The translations under genes were made by a program, and so were the position numbers. A stretch of DNA of 64,000 bases, taken from assembly GCA_951813015.1 (NCBI GenBank), contig CATOTG010000002.1:487475-551474 (forward strand), in the 5' to 3' direction. Positions 39,790 through 50,226 of this stretch are shown here, in pieces. Numbering within the stretch: position 1 is the stretch's first letter; the number at the start of each line of letters is the position of its first letter. A model generated the notes under the pieces. That model was not told where the DNA came from. It did no database searches and was given only the letters and a program-made list of their open reading frames with translations. This stretch comes from an uncultured Thermoanaerobaculia bacterium (GTDB lineage Bacteria > Acidobacteriota > Thermoanaerobaculia > Multivoradales > Multivoraceae).

Positions 39790-41055
39790 ATGACCAGGAG
39801 GCCGTTCATCGGTTGGCGAATCGTCGGAATCGGGTCGCTCTGCTACGGCTTCGGCATCTCGCCGATGTACTACGGCTGGGGGCTGTTCCTGCCGGAAATG
39901 CAGCAGGATCTTGCCCTGAGCAACACCGAGTCGGGACTCGTCTTCAGCATCTTCAGTTGGATCTACCACCTGCTGGGACCCGCGTGCGGGATCGCGATGG
40001 CACGCCTCGGCATCCGCTCGGTCATGGGCTTCGGCGCCGCGACAGGCGTGTTCGCGTTCTGGATGATGAGCCGGGCCGACTCCTTCGTCGACTGCATCTT
40101 CGCCTACGGGGTTCTCGGCGGCATCGCGATCGGCTTCGGGACCATCCTGCCCGCCCAGACCCTGGCCTCCAACTGGTTTGTCCGCTCCCGATCGAGGGCC
40201 ATTGCCTTGGTGCTCGGCGGCGGCGCGGTGGTCGGATTCGGCGTCAACAAGTACTTCGCGCCGGAGATTCTCCGAGTCGCCGACTGGCGGACCGGTTGGC
40301 TGATCATCGCCGGGACTTCGGCGGTGGTCGCGGTCGTCGCCGTGCTCTTCATCCGCGGTACGCCGGAGAAGCTCGGCCACCTTCCCGATGGGGGGACGGC
40401 AGTCGGCGAGCCGGAGGCAGAGGACGCTCGCGGTCCAACCGGTCAGGGCGAGTGGACCGCGCCCCTCGCCCTTCGAACTCATCAGTTCTACCTCCTCGTT
40501 GCGCTGTCGATCGCCTACGGCGTGCCGTGGGGGATCATCAGCGTCTACGGCCGTCTCCACCTCGAGTCCCTGGGCTTCACGACCGCCATGGCGGGTTCCA
40601 TCCTCGGCGCCCGCGTCCTGGTCAGCCTGTTCGGCAGGTTCAGCGCGTTCGTCGGCGACTTCATGTCGCCCCAGCGGCTGCTCGCGATCGTCCTGCTGGT
40701 CGAGGGGGCAGGCAGCGCCGGGCTCGTGGCAGCGAAGACGCCGCTCCTCGCCTACGTTTCCGTGGTTCTGGTCGGCCTCGGCTTCGGCGCCGCGTACGTC
40801 TGCATTCCGGTCGTCTTCTCGGCCTTCTACGGCCGGCGCGCGTTCGGCACGACCGTCGGCATCCGGTTTGCGATCACCGGCATCGTCGCGCCTTCCGCCC
40901 CGACCCTGGCGGGAATGCTCGCCGACTGGTCAGGTTCTCACACCCTGACCTTCTGGATCCTGGCGGCGTGCTGTCTCATCGGCGCCTTCATCGCCTTCGG
41001 GCTGCGCGCGCCCGTGCTCGGGGCACGGCCGATCGCGCCGGTTGGTGCGGGTTAA
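39790..41055 (+). CDS. MFS transporter (monocarboxylate/OFA-like)
   Basis: Multiple TM segments, SNWFVRSRSRA, GWR, FYGRRAFG. Confidence 0.9.
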   Translation: MTRRPFIGWRIVGIGSLCYGFGISPMYYGWGLFLPEMQQDLALSNTESGLVFSIFSWIYHLLGPACGIAMARLGIRSVMGFGAATGVFAFWMMSRADSFVDCIFAYGVLGGIAIGFGTILPAQTLASNWFVRSRSRAIALVLGGGAVVGFGVNKYFAPEILRVADWRTGWLIIAGTSAVVAVVAVLFIRGTPEKLGHLPDGGTAVGEPEAEDARGPTGQGEWTAPLALRTHQFYLLVALSIAYGVPWGIISVYGRLHLESLGFTTAMAGSILGARVLVSLFGRFSAFVGDFMSPQRLLAIVLLVEGAGSAGLVAAKTPLLAYVSVVLVGLGFGAAYVCIPVVFSAFYGRRAFGTTVGIRFAITGIVAPSAPTLAGMLADWSGSHTLTFWILAACCLIGAFIAFGLRAPVLGARPIAPVGAG

Positions 41056-41069
41056 CCGGGCGGCTGGAA

Positions 41070-41210
41070 ATGCCCACCCTGAAGCCAGTCATCGTCGATC
41101 ATGCGGAACTCGACTGGCACAACCGGGACGATCCCGCCAATGCGGACCCGGGCGCCATTCAATGGACGCTGCTCATCAGCCGCGAGCGAGGCCCGAGCGA
41201 GGCGCCCTAG
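41070..41210 (+). pseudogene. Short ORF, probable N-terminal fragment of a cupin-like protein
   Basis: MPTLKPVIVDHAELDW..IQWTLLISRERGPSE; stops at the convergent neighbour. Confidence 0.4.
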
Positions 41211-41869
41211 CCGGCGGCGGCGACCGTCGTCTGCCAGCGGTGCTCGCCCCAGGAGAGCTTGAGCGTGCCCGGCGCGCCACCTTCGGGCGGCTCGATGTCG
41301 ATTGTCAGGCTCGACTTCCCACCCGCCTCGATGGCGTGGTCGAGCGCCGTCTCGCCAAGGTCCCTGGACGGATCGTGCATCGTGCCCCAGATGTCCGGCT
41401 CATGGTTGACGACCAGCGTCCACTGGCCATCGTCGTCCAGGCGCAGCCACAGGCTGTAGAGGCCCGCGAAGCCAGGCGAGACGTTGCCCATCGGCACCTT
41501 CAAGTCGCCAACCACGATGTCGACTTCCGTGCGGAGCTTGATCGCCGCGAAGGTCTGGAACTCGAGCAGACCCTCTTCGTGCTCCAGGAAGGACTGCCAA
41601 TCCAGGCTCATCAGGGGGATCCGGCCCGCGTTGACCTGAACCGTACCGCCGCCGATCTCCGCCCTGTCGATCGAACGGGTCGCGTTGATCAGCACCGCGA
41701 AGGTGCTGGTCAGGCCGGAGGCATCGAGCTTGCGCCCCTCGCCCTCCTTCGAGGGCTTCTCGATCACCTCGACCGTCTCGCCGGACTGAGCCGCAGCCGG
41801 GCCGGCGGCCGCTGCAACCAGCAGGAGAGCAGCGACTTGCCGAAGCCGCCGCGCGCGCGAACCGGCCAT
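41207..41869 (-). CDS. DUF2911-like exported protein
   Basis: AGLYSLW..WTLVVN...WGT.HDP..DL, LTIDI..GTLKLSWG. Confidence 0.7.
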   Translation of the reverse strand: MAGSRARRLRQVAALLLVAAAAGPAAAQSGETVEVIEKPSKEGEGRKLDASGLTSTFAVLINATRSIDRAEIGGGTVQVNAGRIPLMSLDWQSFLEHEEGLLEFQTFAAIKLRTEVDIVVGDLKVPMGNVSPGFAGLYSLWLRLDDDGQWTLVVNHEPDIWGTMHDPSRDLGETALDHAIEAGGKSSLTIDIEPPEGGAPGTLKLSWGEHRWQTTVAAAG

Positions 41870-41879
41870 CGGCGCCTCC

Positions 41880-43211
41880 CTACTCCCCGCCGCCTGTGCT
41901 CTGTATGGAGGCGAGTCCGAGCCGGAGCGCGATCGGATCGACGGGCTCGACGGGGGCCCAGGCGACGAAGCCGAGCATCATCTCGTCGGTCGTGGCGGTG
42001 CCGACGAGCACGTTGTAACCTGGGTCGAAACCGCGAATCTCGCCGCGCTCGGGCGTGTTCTCGAACCACATCGAGACTTCGACGCGGGTGCCGGCGGGGA
42101 TCGTCTTCGGCTTCTTGTACCGGTAAGTCGTCTGCCACTCCTGGTCGTAGTTCGGGACGTCGAGCAGGACCTCGGTCGTGCCGTCGGGGTAGAACGCGTC
42201 GTAGCGCACCGCGACCGAGCGCAGATGGGCGTGCGGCCACAGGGCCAGAAGGTCCGTCTCCACCGGGAAGACGCGCGCCGCGCCGACCTTCCAGCGGTCG
42301 TGGCCGGGCGGTATCTCGAAGGTCAGGTTGCCGATCGAGTCGAACTCGACCTTGCGCAACTCGCTTTCCGGAGCGTCGGCGAACACGAAGCCGAGCTCGG
42401 AGCGATCGTAGAAACCGCTCCCCTCGCCGGCTTCCTTGTTGTAGTGCATCGAAAAGTCGATCTTCGATCCGGGCTCGAGCTTCATCGCGTAGCCGGGCGC
42501 CATCAGGTGGCTCTCGGCGCCCAGGGCGATACAGCCCAGCGAGTTGCTGCCGAACTTGCCGAATGCCGGCCCGCCGCCTGGAGGCTGGACGCTCGCGCAC
42601 ATGTGATGGACGTCGCTGCCGCCGACCTTGAACTCGACGCCACGCACCCAGACAGGCTCCGTCAACATCTCCTCGGTCAGTTCGGTCCGGAAGTTGATGT
42701 TGATGTCGGCGATGTCGTCGGCCACCCAGTGCTCTTCGGGCATCCGGACGACGAGATCCGGACGACCCAGCGACCAACCGCCCGAGCCTTCCTCAACGAA
42801 CCTCTTCGGCGGCGGCGCGTCGGCCTCGTCACCGGCAGGCGCACCGCCGCGGGCCCAGGCCAGGACCGTCTCGATCTCGCTGTCGGACATCACGCGCTCG
42901 TTGTGGAACTGCCCGCGGGTCGCTTCGGTGGCGAACCAGGGAGGCATCGAGCGGTTCTCGACCGCGCGCGCGATGGAGCGCGCCCAGGGGCGCGTCTGCT
43001 GATACGTCATCAGCGGCATCGGCGCGATCATGCCGCCGATGTTCTCGCCCTGGCCGTCGGGCCGGTGACAGGTCTGGCAGTTCTCCTGCAAGACCGGCAG
43101 CACGTCGGCGTAGAAGGTGGGCGTGTCCGCGTCGGCGGCCAGGACGATGCCCGGAAGGGCAAGGGCGGCGGCAAGCATGATGAGGACAGGGCGAAAGGTC
43201 GCGGTCTTCAT
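41880..43211 (-). CDS. Exported c-type cytochrome fused to a copper type II (PHM/DBH-like) monooxygenase domain
   Basis: CQTCH heme motif, SMPPW, DVHHM, SMHY, PHAHL, YDQEWQTTY, TDEMM. Confidence 0.85.
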   Translation of the reverse strand: MKTATFRPVLIMLAAALALPGIVLAADADTPTFYADVLPVLQENCQTCHRPDGQGENIGGMIAPMPLMTYQQTRPWARSIARAVENRSMPPWFATEATRGQFHNERVMSDSEIETVLAWARGGAPAGDEADAPPPKRFVEEGSGGWSLGRPDLVVRMPEEHWVADDIADININFRTELTEEMLTEPVWVRGVEFKVGGSDVHHMCASVQPPGGGPAFGKFGSNSLGCIALGAESHLMAPGYAMKLEPGSKIDFSMHYNKEAGEGSGFYDRSELGFVFADAPESELRKVEFDSIGNLTFEIPPGHDRWKVGAARVFPVETDLLALWPHAHLRSVAVRYDAFYPDGTTEVLLDVPNYDQEWQTTYRYKKPKTIPAGTRVEVSMWFENTPERGEIRGFDPGYNVLVGTATTDEMMLGFVAWAPVEPVDPIALRLGLASIQSTGGGE

Positions 43212-43528
43212 GTCGTCTCTCCGGTCGTGCGGCCCGCGACACGCTCCAGCGTCGGCCGCGGAATCGCGTACAGGCTCGGATCCTTGGTCAAGGCTCAGCA
43301 AGTGTACCCGACGAAGGTGGCACTATGATTGGGCCACGACGCCTCCGTCCCGGCAGGAACTGCAGGCGACGATCCAGGAAAGCGCCTGGTCGTCACCGAT
43401 CCGGGTCGGCGGCCCACCGACCAGGCAAGGACGACGCACCGCCGGAACGACCCGTAGGCAAGCGGCCTGTATACTGCCGCCGGTCTTCGGCATCTTCACC
43501 TTCTTTTTCCCTGAGTACCCACGCGATC

Positions 43529-44779
43529 ATGCGCAAGTGTCTGATTTTGTTAGCGCTGAGCGCGACCGTCGGCATCTCGCCCGGTCTCGCGCAAGGCAAC
43601 GATGAGAACCTTCCCCAAGAGCCGGCAACGCTCGGGCAGGCCATCCGCGACGCGGACGTCTCGGTCGGCCTCCGCTACCGGATCGAGCAATCGGACGACG
43701 ACGCGTTCGACGACGCGGCGCTCGCTTCAACCCTGCGCACGACGCTCAAGCTGCAGACGAAGGCATACCGCGGCTTCTCCTTCCTGCTCGAGGCGGAGGA
43801 CGTGACCCCCGTCGGCAACGACAGCTCCTATCGCAACCTCGGCTACGGCGGACTCGACAACGGCGTCCGTGACCGTCCGGTCATCGCCGATCCGGCGCTG
43901 ACGGCGATCAACCAGGCCGCGGCGAAGCTCGAACGCGGGCCGGTCGCGTTCACGCTCGGCCGGACCGAACTCCTGATCGGCGATCAGCGCTTCGTCGGCG
44001 CGGTCGGCTGGCGCCAGCACCACCAGGCCTTCGACGCCGCCGCTCTCGATGCCTCCCTGGCTTCGGACTGGACGCTGCGCTACGCCTTCCTCGACCGCGC
44101 CCACCGGATTACCGGCGCCGAGGAGGCGATGGGCTCCCACGTGATCCACGTCTCGGGCCCGGCGGGTCCGGGCGACCTGGCCCTGTTCGGCTACCTGCTG
44201 GACTACGAACGACCGGGCGCCGCCGCCAACTCGACGTCCAACTGGGGCGCCAGCTACAACGGTTCGCACGACGCCGGCGCGGCCTCCGTTCTGTGGGAGC
44301 TCCAGTACGCCGTCCAGTCGGACTGGGCCGACAACCCCGGCAGCGTCGACGTCGACTACCAGAAGACCGGGATCGGCTTCGCCCGCGGCGACATCAGCGT
44401 GCGGGCCGTACGCGAGGCCCTCGACGGTGACGGCACTCACGCGTTCCGCACACCGCTGGCCACGCTCCACGGCTTCAACGGCTGGACCGACAAGTTCCTG
44501 GGCACCCCGGCGAACGGCCTCGTCGACTTCTACCTCCGCCTTGACCACAATCTGGACACTTGGAACTGGACCGTCCGCTGGCACCAGTTCCGTTCGGCGG
44601 TCGGCAGCATGGACTACGGCTCGGAGATCGACGCGATGGCGGTGTGGAACACCCCCTGGAAGCAGGACTTCGGCATCAAGCTGGCGCAGTACAGCGCGGA
44701 CGAGTGGAGCACGGACACGTTCAAGGTCTGGGTCTGGACGTCCTGGAGCGTCAACCTGCGATCCGCAGGCAGCCGCTGA
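43529..44779 (+). CDS. Alginate-export family outer-membrane porin
   Basis: LRYRIE, DQRFVGAVGWRQHHQAFDA, FRTPLATLHGFNGWTDKFL.TP.NGLVD. Confidence 0.88.
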   Translation: MRKCLILLALSATVGISPGLAQGNDENLPQEPATLGQAIRDADVSVGLRYRIEQSDDDAFDDAALASTLRTTLKLQTKAYRGFSFLLEAEDVTPVGNDSSYRNLGYGGLDNGVRDRPVIADPALTAINQAAAKLERGPVAFTLGRTELLIGDQRFVGAVGWRQHHQAFDAAALDASLASDWTLRYAFLDRAHRITGAEEAMGSHVIHVSGPAGPGDLALFGYLLDYERPGAAANSTSNWGASYNGSHDAGAASVLWELQYAVQSDWADNPGSVDVDYQKTGIGFARGDISVRAVREALDGDGTHAFRTPLATLHGFNGWTDKFLGTPANGLVDFYLRLDHNLDTWNWTVRWHQFRSAVGSMDYGSEIDAMAVWNTPWKQDFGIKLAQYSADEWSTDTFKVWVWTSWSVNLRSAGSR

Positions 44780-45173
44780 CGTCGACCGACGCTTCGTCCC
44801 CCTCCCGCACGGCCTCCCAATCGGCCGGGGCCAACAGAACGACCGGCGGCGACTGCTCGTACAGCTCACGCGCCACCGCCGCGCCGAGGGCGAGGATCCC
44901 GTCGAGTTCCCGCAGCACGACGGCGGCCGGCGCCGTGCCAAGACGCACTCCCTCAAGCAGCACGGAACTTGAGCTGCTCGATCCCCGACCGTAGGGCATG
45001 ACCAGGACCCGGCCCGAAACGCTCTCGCCGCAGCGCGGGTGCCGCCGGTCGATGATCCGTCCGGTCGCGGGGTCGACTCCACCCCAGAAGGAGAGCGGCG
45101 CCTCCAGCCGCAGCACCGGCCCCGCGCCGGCGCCGCCGACAAGGACCCGGCCCCGCAGCTCGCCACCGCTCAC
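44751..45173 (-). CDS. Aconitase X swivel subunit (DUF126)
   Basis: PLSFWGGVDPATGRII..HP..G.SVSGRVLVMPYGRGSSSSS; GTGA overlap with the upstream gene. Confidence 0.92.
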   Translation of the reverse strand: MSGGELRGRVLVGGAGAGPVLRLEAPLSFWGGVDPATGRIIDRRHPRCGESVSGRVLVMPYGRGSSSSSSVLLEGVRLGTAPAAVVLRELDGILALGAAVARELYEQSPPVVLLAPADWEAVREGDEASVDVSGCLRIAG

Positions 45174-46504
45174 GGCCACAACTCCGGGTCGCGCCGCAGC
45201 TCGCCGGCATGGGCCGATCGCACGCACTCGGACAGGCTGCCGAAGACGACGTCGAAGCCGACGTTGCCAGGCGCGTAGTGCGCGAACTTGCCCGAATTCG
45301 TCATCAGGACGCCGCCTGCGGGCGTGCGCAGGATCGGCGCCACGACGACGCACGTATCGACGACCACACGGACACCGAGGTCGCGCAGGCGTTCGAGGTC
45401 GCCTCCACGTTCCAGGAAGTCGAGCGAAACACGGTTCGTGCAGACGACGAACTCGACGCTTGCCGCGGGCGGGCGGCAACAGATCATCGGCAGCAGCTCG
45501 GCGAACTCCCGCGGCGAGAAGTGGGGACTGCCCAGCGCCACGACATCGATCCGGAGGTCGTTGCCGCCGCCATCCGGCGCCGCGGCGCCCGGAACGGTCG
45601 ACAGCCTCCGGAGGCCGGCCCGCAGATCGTCGGCGGTGATCTCGATCCACTCCTCCGCCTCCACGCCACCCCGCTCCGGGTCGCGGAACCCCAGCGCCGC
45701 CTCCAGCGTCGGCGCTTCGGGCGTGATGCCGACGGCGTGGAAGAGCGCCACCGCGCCCGAGGACGCCGCCGCCGCGCCCAACGCCTTCAGACCGTCCTCG
45801 TGGGCGTTCTCCAGGCCGAGCAGCACGGGCACCCGGTTGGCGCAACGCTCCCCCACCACGTAGCCGATCGCCGGCAGCAGCCATGACGCCGACGTGAGAG
45901 ATCGAGGCAGGGAACGAAAATCGAACACGACCTGTCCGCGACGGTTCTCCTCCAGGTGCAGCCCCACCGCCGGCACCCGGCCGGTGATCGCGGCGCAGAT
46001 GTCGATGAAGTCTCCGTACCGGTGAGTGCGCGCGCCCAGCACGGAGTTCGCGAACACGATCGCGTTGCTCTCGGCCCAGGCGACCTGCTGCCCGAACGCC
46101 GGCCGGGGTGTCGTCTGGTAGGGCGCGCAGGTCCAGATCGTCCGGCAGCCCATCTCCTCGTAGCACTCCATCAGCCGCAGAGCCTTCGCCCGCCGCTCTG
46201 CGGCGCCGGCGAACTCTTCCGGATGCAGCAGGTCGAGGCCGCCGACGTTCAGCGTCGTCGGGACGCGCACCCGCGCGCCGCCCGCAACCAGGAGTTCGGC
46301 GAAATCGACGCCCGAATCGCCGTGGTAGAGGCAGCCGTCGATGTGGGCGCCTTCGATGTCCAGCAGACGGTCGGCCCCGTAGACCCCGGCCATCGCGACC
46401 AGGATGCGCATCGCGACTGCCGCCGCCTCGCCATGGTCGCCCGAGAGCATGGCACGGTCGAGGTCGGTCAGTTCGACCGTCTCGAACGGATTCACGGCGG
46501 CCAT
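45170..46504 (-). CDS. Aconitase X catalytic subunit (DUF521)
   Basis: AHIDGCLY, WTCAPY, AWAESNAIVFANSVLGART, ALGSPH, DTCVVV, TNSGKFAHY. Confidence 0.93.
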   Translation of the reverse strand: MAAVNPFETVELTDLDRAMLSGDHGEAAAVAMRILVAMAGVYGADRLLDIEGAHIDGCLYHGDSGVDFAELLVAGGARVRVPTTLNVGGLDLLHPEEFAGAAERRAKALRLMECYEEMGCRTIWTCAPYQTTPRPAFGQQVAWAESNAIVFANSVLGARTHRYGDFIDICAAITGRVPAVGLHLEENRRGQVVFDFRSLPRSLTSASWLLPAIGYVVGERCANRVPVLLGLENAHEDGLKALGAAAASSGAVALFHAVGITPEAPTLEAALGFRDPERGGVEAEEWIEITADDLRAGLRRLSTVPGAAAPDGGGNDLRIDVVALGSPHFSPREFAELLPMICCRPPAASVEFVVCTNRVSLDFLERGGDLERLRDLGVRVVVDTCVVVAPILRTPAGGVLMTNSGKFAHYAPGNVGFDVVFGSLSECVRSAHAGELRRDPELWP

Positions 46505-46682
46505 CGCCGGTCAGTGTAACGAGGCGCCGGCGCCGCAGAACGCGGCGGAGCGAGTCACGCGGCGCGGGTTCCCGGCGAGGTCGGGGCCGACGGCCAAACA
46601 TGGCGCCGGCGACAGGTTGGCGGCTCTATCGGTACACTCGCCGATCCGCAAACTACTCGGCAAGCGACGGAGCACTGCCCGC

Positions 46683-48263
46683 ATGGCGATCGACTTGGCA
46701 CTGCAGGAACGACTCATGGCCGCCGCGCCCTACGGCATGGGCGTCGCGGTCCACGCGGAGGAGGCGCCCGAGCGGATGGCCGTCCTGTCGAAGTTCGGCG
46801 GCCGCACCCTCGGCGAGCTGAACGCCAACGCGAACCGTCTGGCCCGCGTGCTGCGGGCGCACGGCGTCGGCCCCGACACAGGCGTCGCCCTGCTTTGCCG
46901 GAACCGACCCGAGTTCATCGACACCGTCGCCGCCTGTTCGCGCAGCGGCGCCCGGATGACCCCGATCAACTGGCACATCTCGCCGCCCGAGGTCGCCTAC
47001 ATCGTCGCGAACTGCGAAGCGCGGGTGCTGATCGCGGACGTGGCGTTCGCACCGGCCGTTGCCGCGGCGCAAGCCGACTCGAGCCACCTGCGCCTGACTC
47101 TCGCCGTCGGCGGGGACATCGAGGGCGCGGAGTCCTGGGACGAGGCTCTGGCGGCGGAAGACGGCTCGGACATCGACAACCCGATCCTCGGCTCGTTGAT
47201 GCTCTACACCTCGGGCACGACCGGCCATCCCAAGGGCGTCTACCGCAAGGCCGACGCGACACCGACGCCGTTCCTGCTGGCGGTCCGCGAGTCGGGCGAC
47301 TTCGAGCCGGACACGGACTGCTCCCTGGTTACCGGACCGCTCTACCACGCCGCCCCCCTGGGCCTGAATCTCTCCATGCCGATGGGCGCCGGCGTCGGCA
47401 GCGTCCTGATGGACAGGTGGGACGCAGAGGAAACCCTCGCCCTGATCCACAGGCACCGCGTGACCCACACCCACATGGTGGCGACCATGTTCCACCGCAT
47501 GCTGTCGCTGCCGCAGGAGGTCCGCGATCGCTACGACGTCTCCTCCATGCGCTGGCTCATCCACGGCGCGGCGCCCACGCCCGTCCACGTCAAGCACAAG
47601 ATGATCGAGTGGTTCGGCCCCGTGGTCTGGGAGTACTACGCGGCCACCGAGGGCGGCACGTTCCTCGTCGACTCGTTCGACTGGCTCAAGAAACCCGGCA
47701 GCGTCGGCCGGACGGTCGAGGGAACGAAGTACAAGGTGCTCGACGACGATGGCCAACCCGTGCCGACCGGAACGACCGGAACGGTCTACTTCGCGGCGGC
47801 CGAGAACCGCTTCGTCTACTTCAAGGCGCCCGAGAAGACCGACGCCGCCTACCGGGACGACTTCTTCACGATGGGCGACATGGGCTACGTCGACGAGGAC
47901 GGCTACCTGTTCCTGACCGGCCGATCGGCGGAGACGATCATCGCCGGCGGCGTGAACATCTATCCCCAGGAGATCGACGACGTGCTGCAACAGCACCCCG
48001 CGGTGTACGAGGTCTGCACCGTCGGCGTGCCCCACGAGGAATGGGGCGAGAGCGTCAAGTCGGTGGTCGAGGTGGACGAAAGCTACGAAGCCGGCGACGA
48101 ACTGGCCGAGGAGCTTCTCGCCTGGTGCCGCGAGAACCTGCCCGACTTCAAGCGCCCGCGCTCCATCGACTTCGCAACCGACCTGCCGCGCATGCCCACG
48201 GGCAAGATAAAGCGCGGCCTGGTGCGCGCGCCCTACTGGAAGGGTCGCGAGCGGGCGATCTGA
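46683..48263 (+). CDS. Acyl-CoA synthetase (AMP-binding)
   Basis: LYTSGTTGHPKG, YYAATEG, MGDMGY.DEDGYLFLTGR, PTGKI. Confidence 0.95.
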   Translation: MAIDLALQERLMAAAPYGMGVAVHAEEAPERMAVLSKFGGRTLGELNANANRLARVLRAHGVGPDTGVALLCRNRPEFIDTVAACSRSGARMTPINWHISPPEVAYIVANCEARVLIADVAFAPAVAAAQADSSHLRLTLAVGGDIEGAESWDEALAAEDGSDIDNPILGSLMLYTSGTTGHPKGVYRKADATPTPFLLAVRESGDFEPDTDCSLVTGPLYHAAPLGLNLSMPMGAGVGSVLMDRWDAEETLALIHRHRVTHTHMVATMFHRMLSLPQEVRDRYDVSSMRWLIHGAAPTPVHVKHKMIEWFGPVVWEYYAATEGGTFLVDSFDWLKKPGSVGRTVEGTKYKVLDDDGQPVPTGTTGTVYFAAAENRFVYFKAPEKTDAAYRDDFFTMGDMGYVDEDGYLFLTGRSAETIIAGGVNIYPQEIDDVLQQHPAVYEVCTVGVPHEEWGESVKSVVEVDESYEAGDELAEELLAWCRENLPDFKRPRSIDFATDLPRMPTGKIKRGLVRAPYWKGRERAI

Positions 48264-48295
48264 CCGAAGATTGACAACCAACCCCGGAGGCGAGC

Positions 48296-49276
48296 ATGAA
48301 AGCAGTCGTATGCAGTGAATTCGGTCCCCCGGAGAACCTGACGATCGAGGAACTCCCCGATCCGGTTCCCGGGCCGGGCGAGGTCGTCGTCGACATCCGG
48401 GCGGCGGCGATCACCTTCCCCGACACGTTGATCATCGAGAACCGCTACCAGTTCCGCGGCGAGCCGCCCTTCGTCGTCGGCGGCGAAGTCGGCGGCACGA
48501 TCGCGGCCGTCGGCCCGGATGTCGAGAGCCTGGCGGTCGGCGACGATGTCGTGGGCGGGGGTGGAACCGGAGGCTTCGCGGAGCAAGTGTTGCTTGATGC
48601 GTCAAGCGTGCGCAAGCTGCCGCCGGGGCTCGGTCACGCCGAGGCCACGGGATACGGCTACGCCTACGGCACGGGACACTACGGCTTGAAGTACCGGGGC
48701 AACCTGAAGCCCGGTGAAACGCTGCTCGTCCTCGGCGCCGCGGGCGGCGTGGGTCTGGCGGCCCTGGAACTCGGCAAGGTGATGGGCGCCCGGGTGATCG
48801 CCGCCGCTTCGACCGAGGAGAAGCTGGAGCTCTGCCGGAAGCGCGGCGCCGACGAGACGATCAACTACTCCGAAGAGGACCTGAAGGACCGCGCCAAGGA
48901 ACTCACCGACGGCAAGGGCGTTGACGTCGTCTACGACGCGGTCGGCGGCGAGTACGCGGAGGCGGCGCTGCGGGCCACGAACTGGCGCGGCCGGTTTCTG
49001 GTCATCGGCTTCACCGCCGGCATTCCCCGGATGCCGCTCAATCTCACCCTGCTCAAGGGTTGCGACATCGTCGGCGTGTTCTGGGGCGCTTCCAGGATGC
49101 GCGAGCCGGAGCTGTTCGAGGCGACCAGGGTCGAGACGGAGGCGCTCGCCGCGGAGGGCAAGATAAAGCCCTGGATCTCGCGGCGCTACCCCCTGGAAGA
49201 CGTGCCGCAGGCGCTGCGGGACATGATGGACCGCAAGATCATCGGAAAGATGGTCATGGCAAGCACGGGCCCTTAG
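48296..49276 (+). CDS. NADPH:quinone oxidoreductase family (zeta-crystallin-like MDR)
   Basis: LKPGETLLVLGAAGGVG, GVDVVYDAVGG, LLKGCDIVGVFWG. Confidence 0.93.
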   Translation: MKAVVCSEFGPPENLTIEELPDPVPGPGEVVVDIRAAAITFPDTLIIENRYQFRGEPPFVVGGEVGGTIAAVGPDVESLAVGDDVVGGGGTGGFAEQVLLDASSVRKLPPGLGHAEATGYGYAYGTGHYGLKYRGNLKPGETLLVLGAAGGVGLAALELGKVMGARVIAAASTEEKLELCRKRGADETINYSEEDLKDRAKELTDGKGVDVVYDAVGGEYAEAALRATNWRGRFLVIGFTAGIPRMPLNLTLLKGCDIVGVFWGASRMREPELFEATRVETEALAAEGKIKPWISRRYPLEDVPQALRDMMDRKIIGKMVMASTGP

Positions 49277-49294
49277 GCCCGGGAGGATGATTCA

Positions 49295-50221
49295 ATGAAG
49301 TTCGGCGCACAGGTCACCGTCTACCGCAACACCTGGGACACCGTCCGCGAAGTGGCCGAGCTGCTCGACGCCGGTCCCTGGGACAGCATCTGGTACGCCG
49401 ACCACTACCTGCCGCCGCCCGGAATCAAGGAAGAGGAACACCTCGCAGCCCAGGAGGCCTTCACCGTCGCCGCCGCGACCGCCAGCATCACGAAGAACCT
49501 GAAGATCGGCCATCTTGTTCTCGGCAACACGTACCGGAATCCCGCCCTGGCGGCGAAGATGGCCGGGACCCTGGACCACATCTCGCACGGTCGCTTCGTG
49601 CTCGGCATCGGCGCCGCCTGGTTCAAGCGCGAGCATGAGGCCTACGGCTGGACGTTCCCGTCGATGAAGGAGCGCCAGGACCGACTCGAGGAGGCCGTCG
49701 AGTTGATCCGGGCCCTGTTCCGGTCGGGGGAGCCGGTGGATTTCCAGGGCGAGTACTACCGCCTCGATTCGGCGCCCCTGTCGCCGGGCAGCTACGGGGA
49801 CCCGATCCCGATCCTGATCGGCGGCACCGGCGAGAAGCGGACGCTGCGAACCCTGGCGCGCCACGGCGACGTGATGAACCTCGACGGATGGGCCCGAGGG
49901 CCGATGACCCGGGAGTACTTCCAACACAAGGTTTCCGTGGTCAACCGGCACTGCGAGGACGCGGGCCGCGACCCGGGCGAAATCCGGCACACGGTGCTGA
50001 TGCCCACCTTCGTGACCAACGACGAGGCGGCCGCCGAGCGCTTCATCGCCGCGCGCGGCCTCGGCGAAGGCACGGCGGCCGGTCCGAAGAGCTACGTCGT
50101 CGACCGAATCGGCGAGATGATCGACGCCGGCGCTCACGAGATCATGATCGGCGGCATCCCGACCCACCATCTCGATCACTACCAGCTCGTCGCGGAAGAG
50201 ATCATTCCCGCCTTCGACTGA
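49295..50221 (+). CDS. LLM class (F420-dependent-like) oxidoreductase
   Basis: WYADH, LVLGNTYRNPALAAKMA.TLDHIS.GRFVLGIGAAW..REH.AYG, GGTGEKRTL. Confidence 0.92.
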   Translation: MKFGAQVTVYRNTWDTVREVAELLDAGPWDSIWYADHYLPPPGIKEEEHLAAQEAFTVAAATASITKNLKIGHLVLGNTYRNPALAAKMAGTLDHISHGRFVLGIGAAWFKREHEAYGWTFPSMKERQDRLEEAVELIRALFRSGEPVDFQGEYYRLDSAPLSPGSYGDPIPILIGGTGEKRTLRTLARHGDVMNLDGWARGPMTREYFQHKVSVVNRHCEDAGRDPGEIRHTVLMPTFVTNDEAAAERFIAARGLGEGTAAGPKSYVVDRIGEMIDAGAHEIMIGGIPTHHLDHYQLVAEEIIPAFD

Positions 50222-50226
50222 GGCCG

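Noticed and set aside
43317..43333. sigma54-like GTGGCACTATGATTGG upstream of the porin gene
   Set aside because: Deviates at both the -24 flank and the -12 GC; unsupported.
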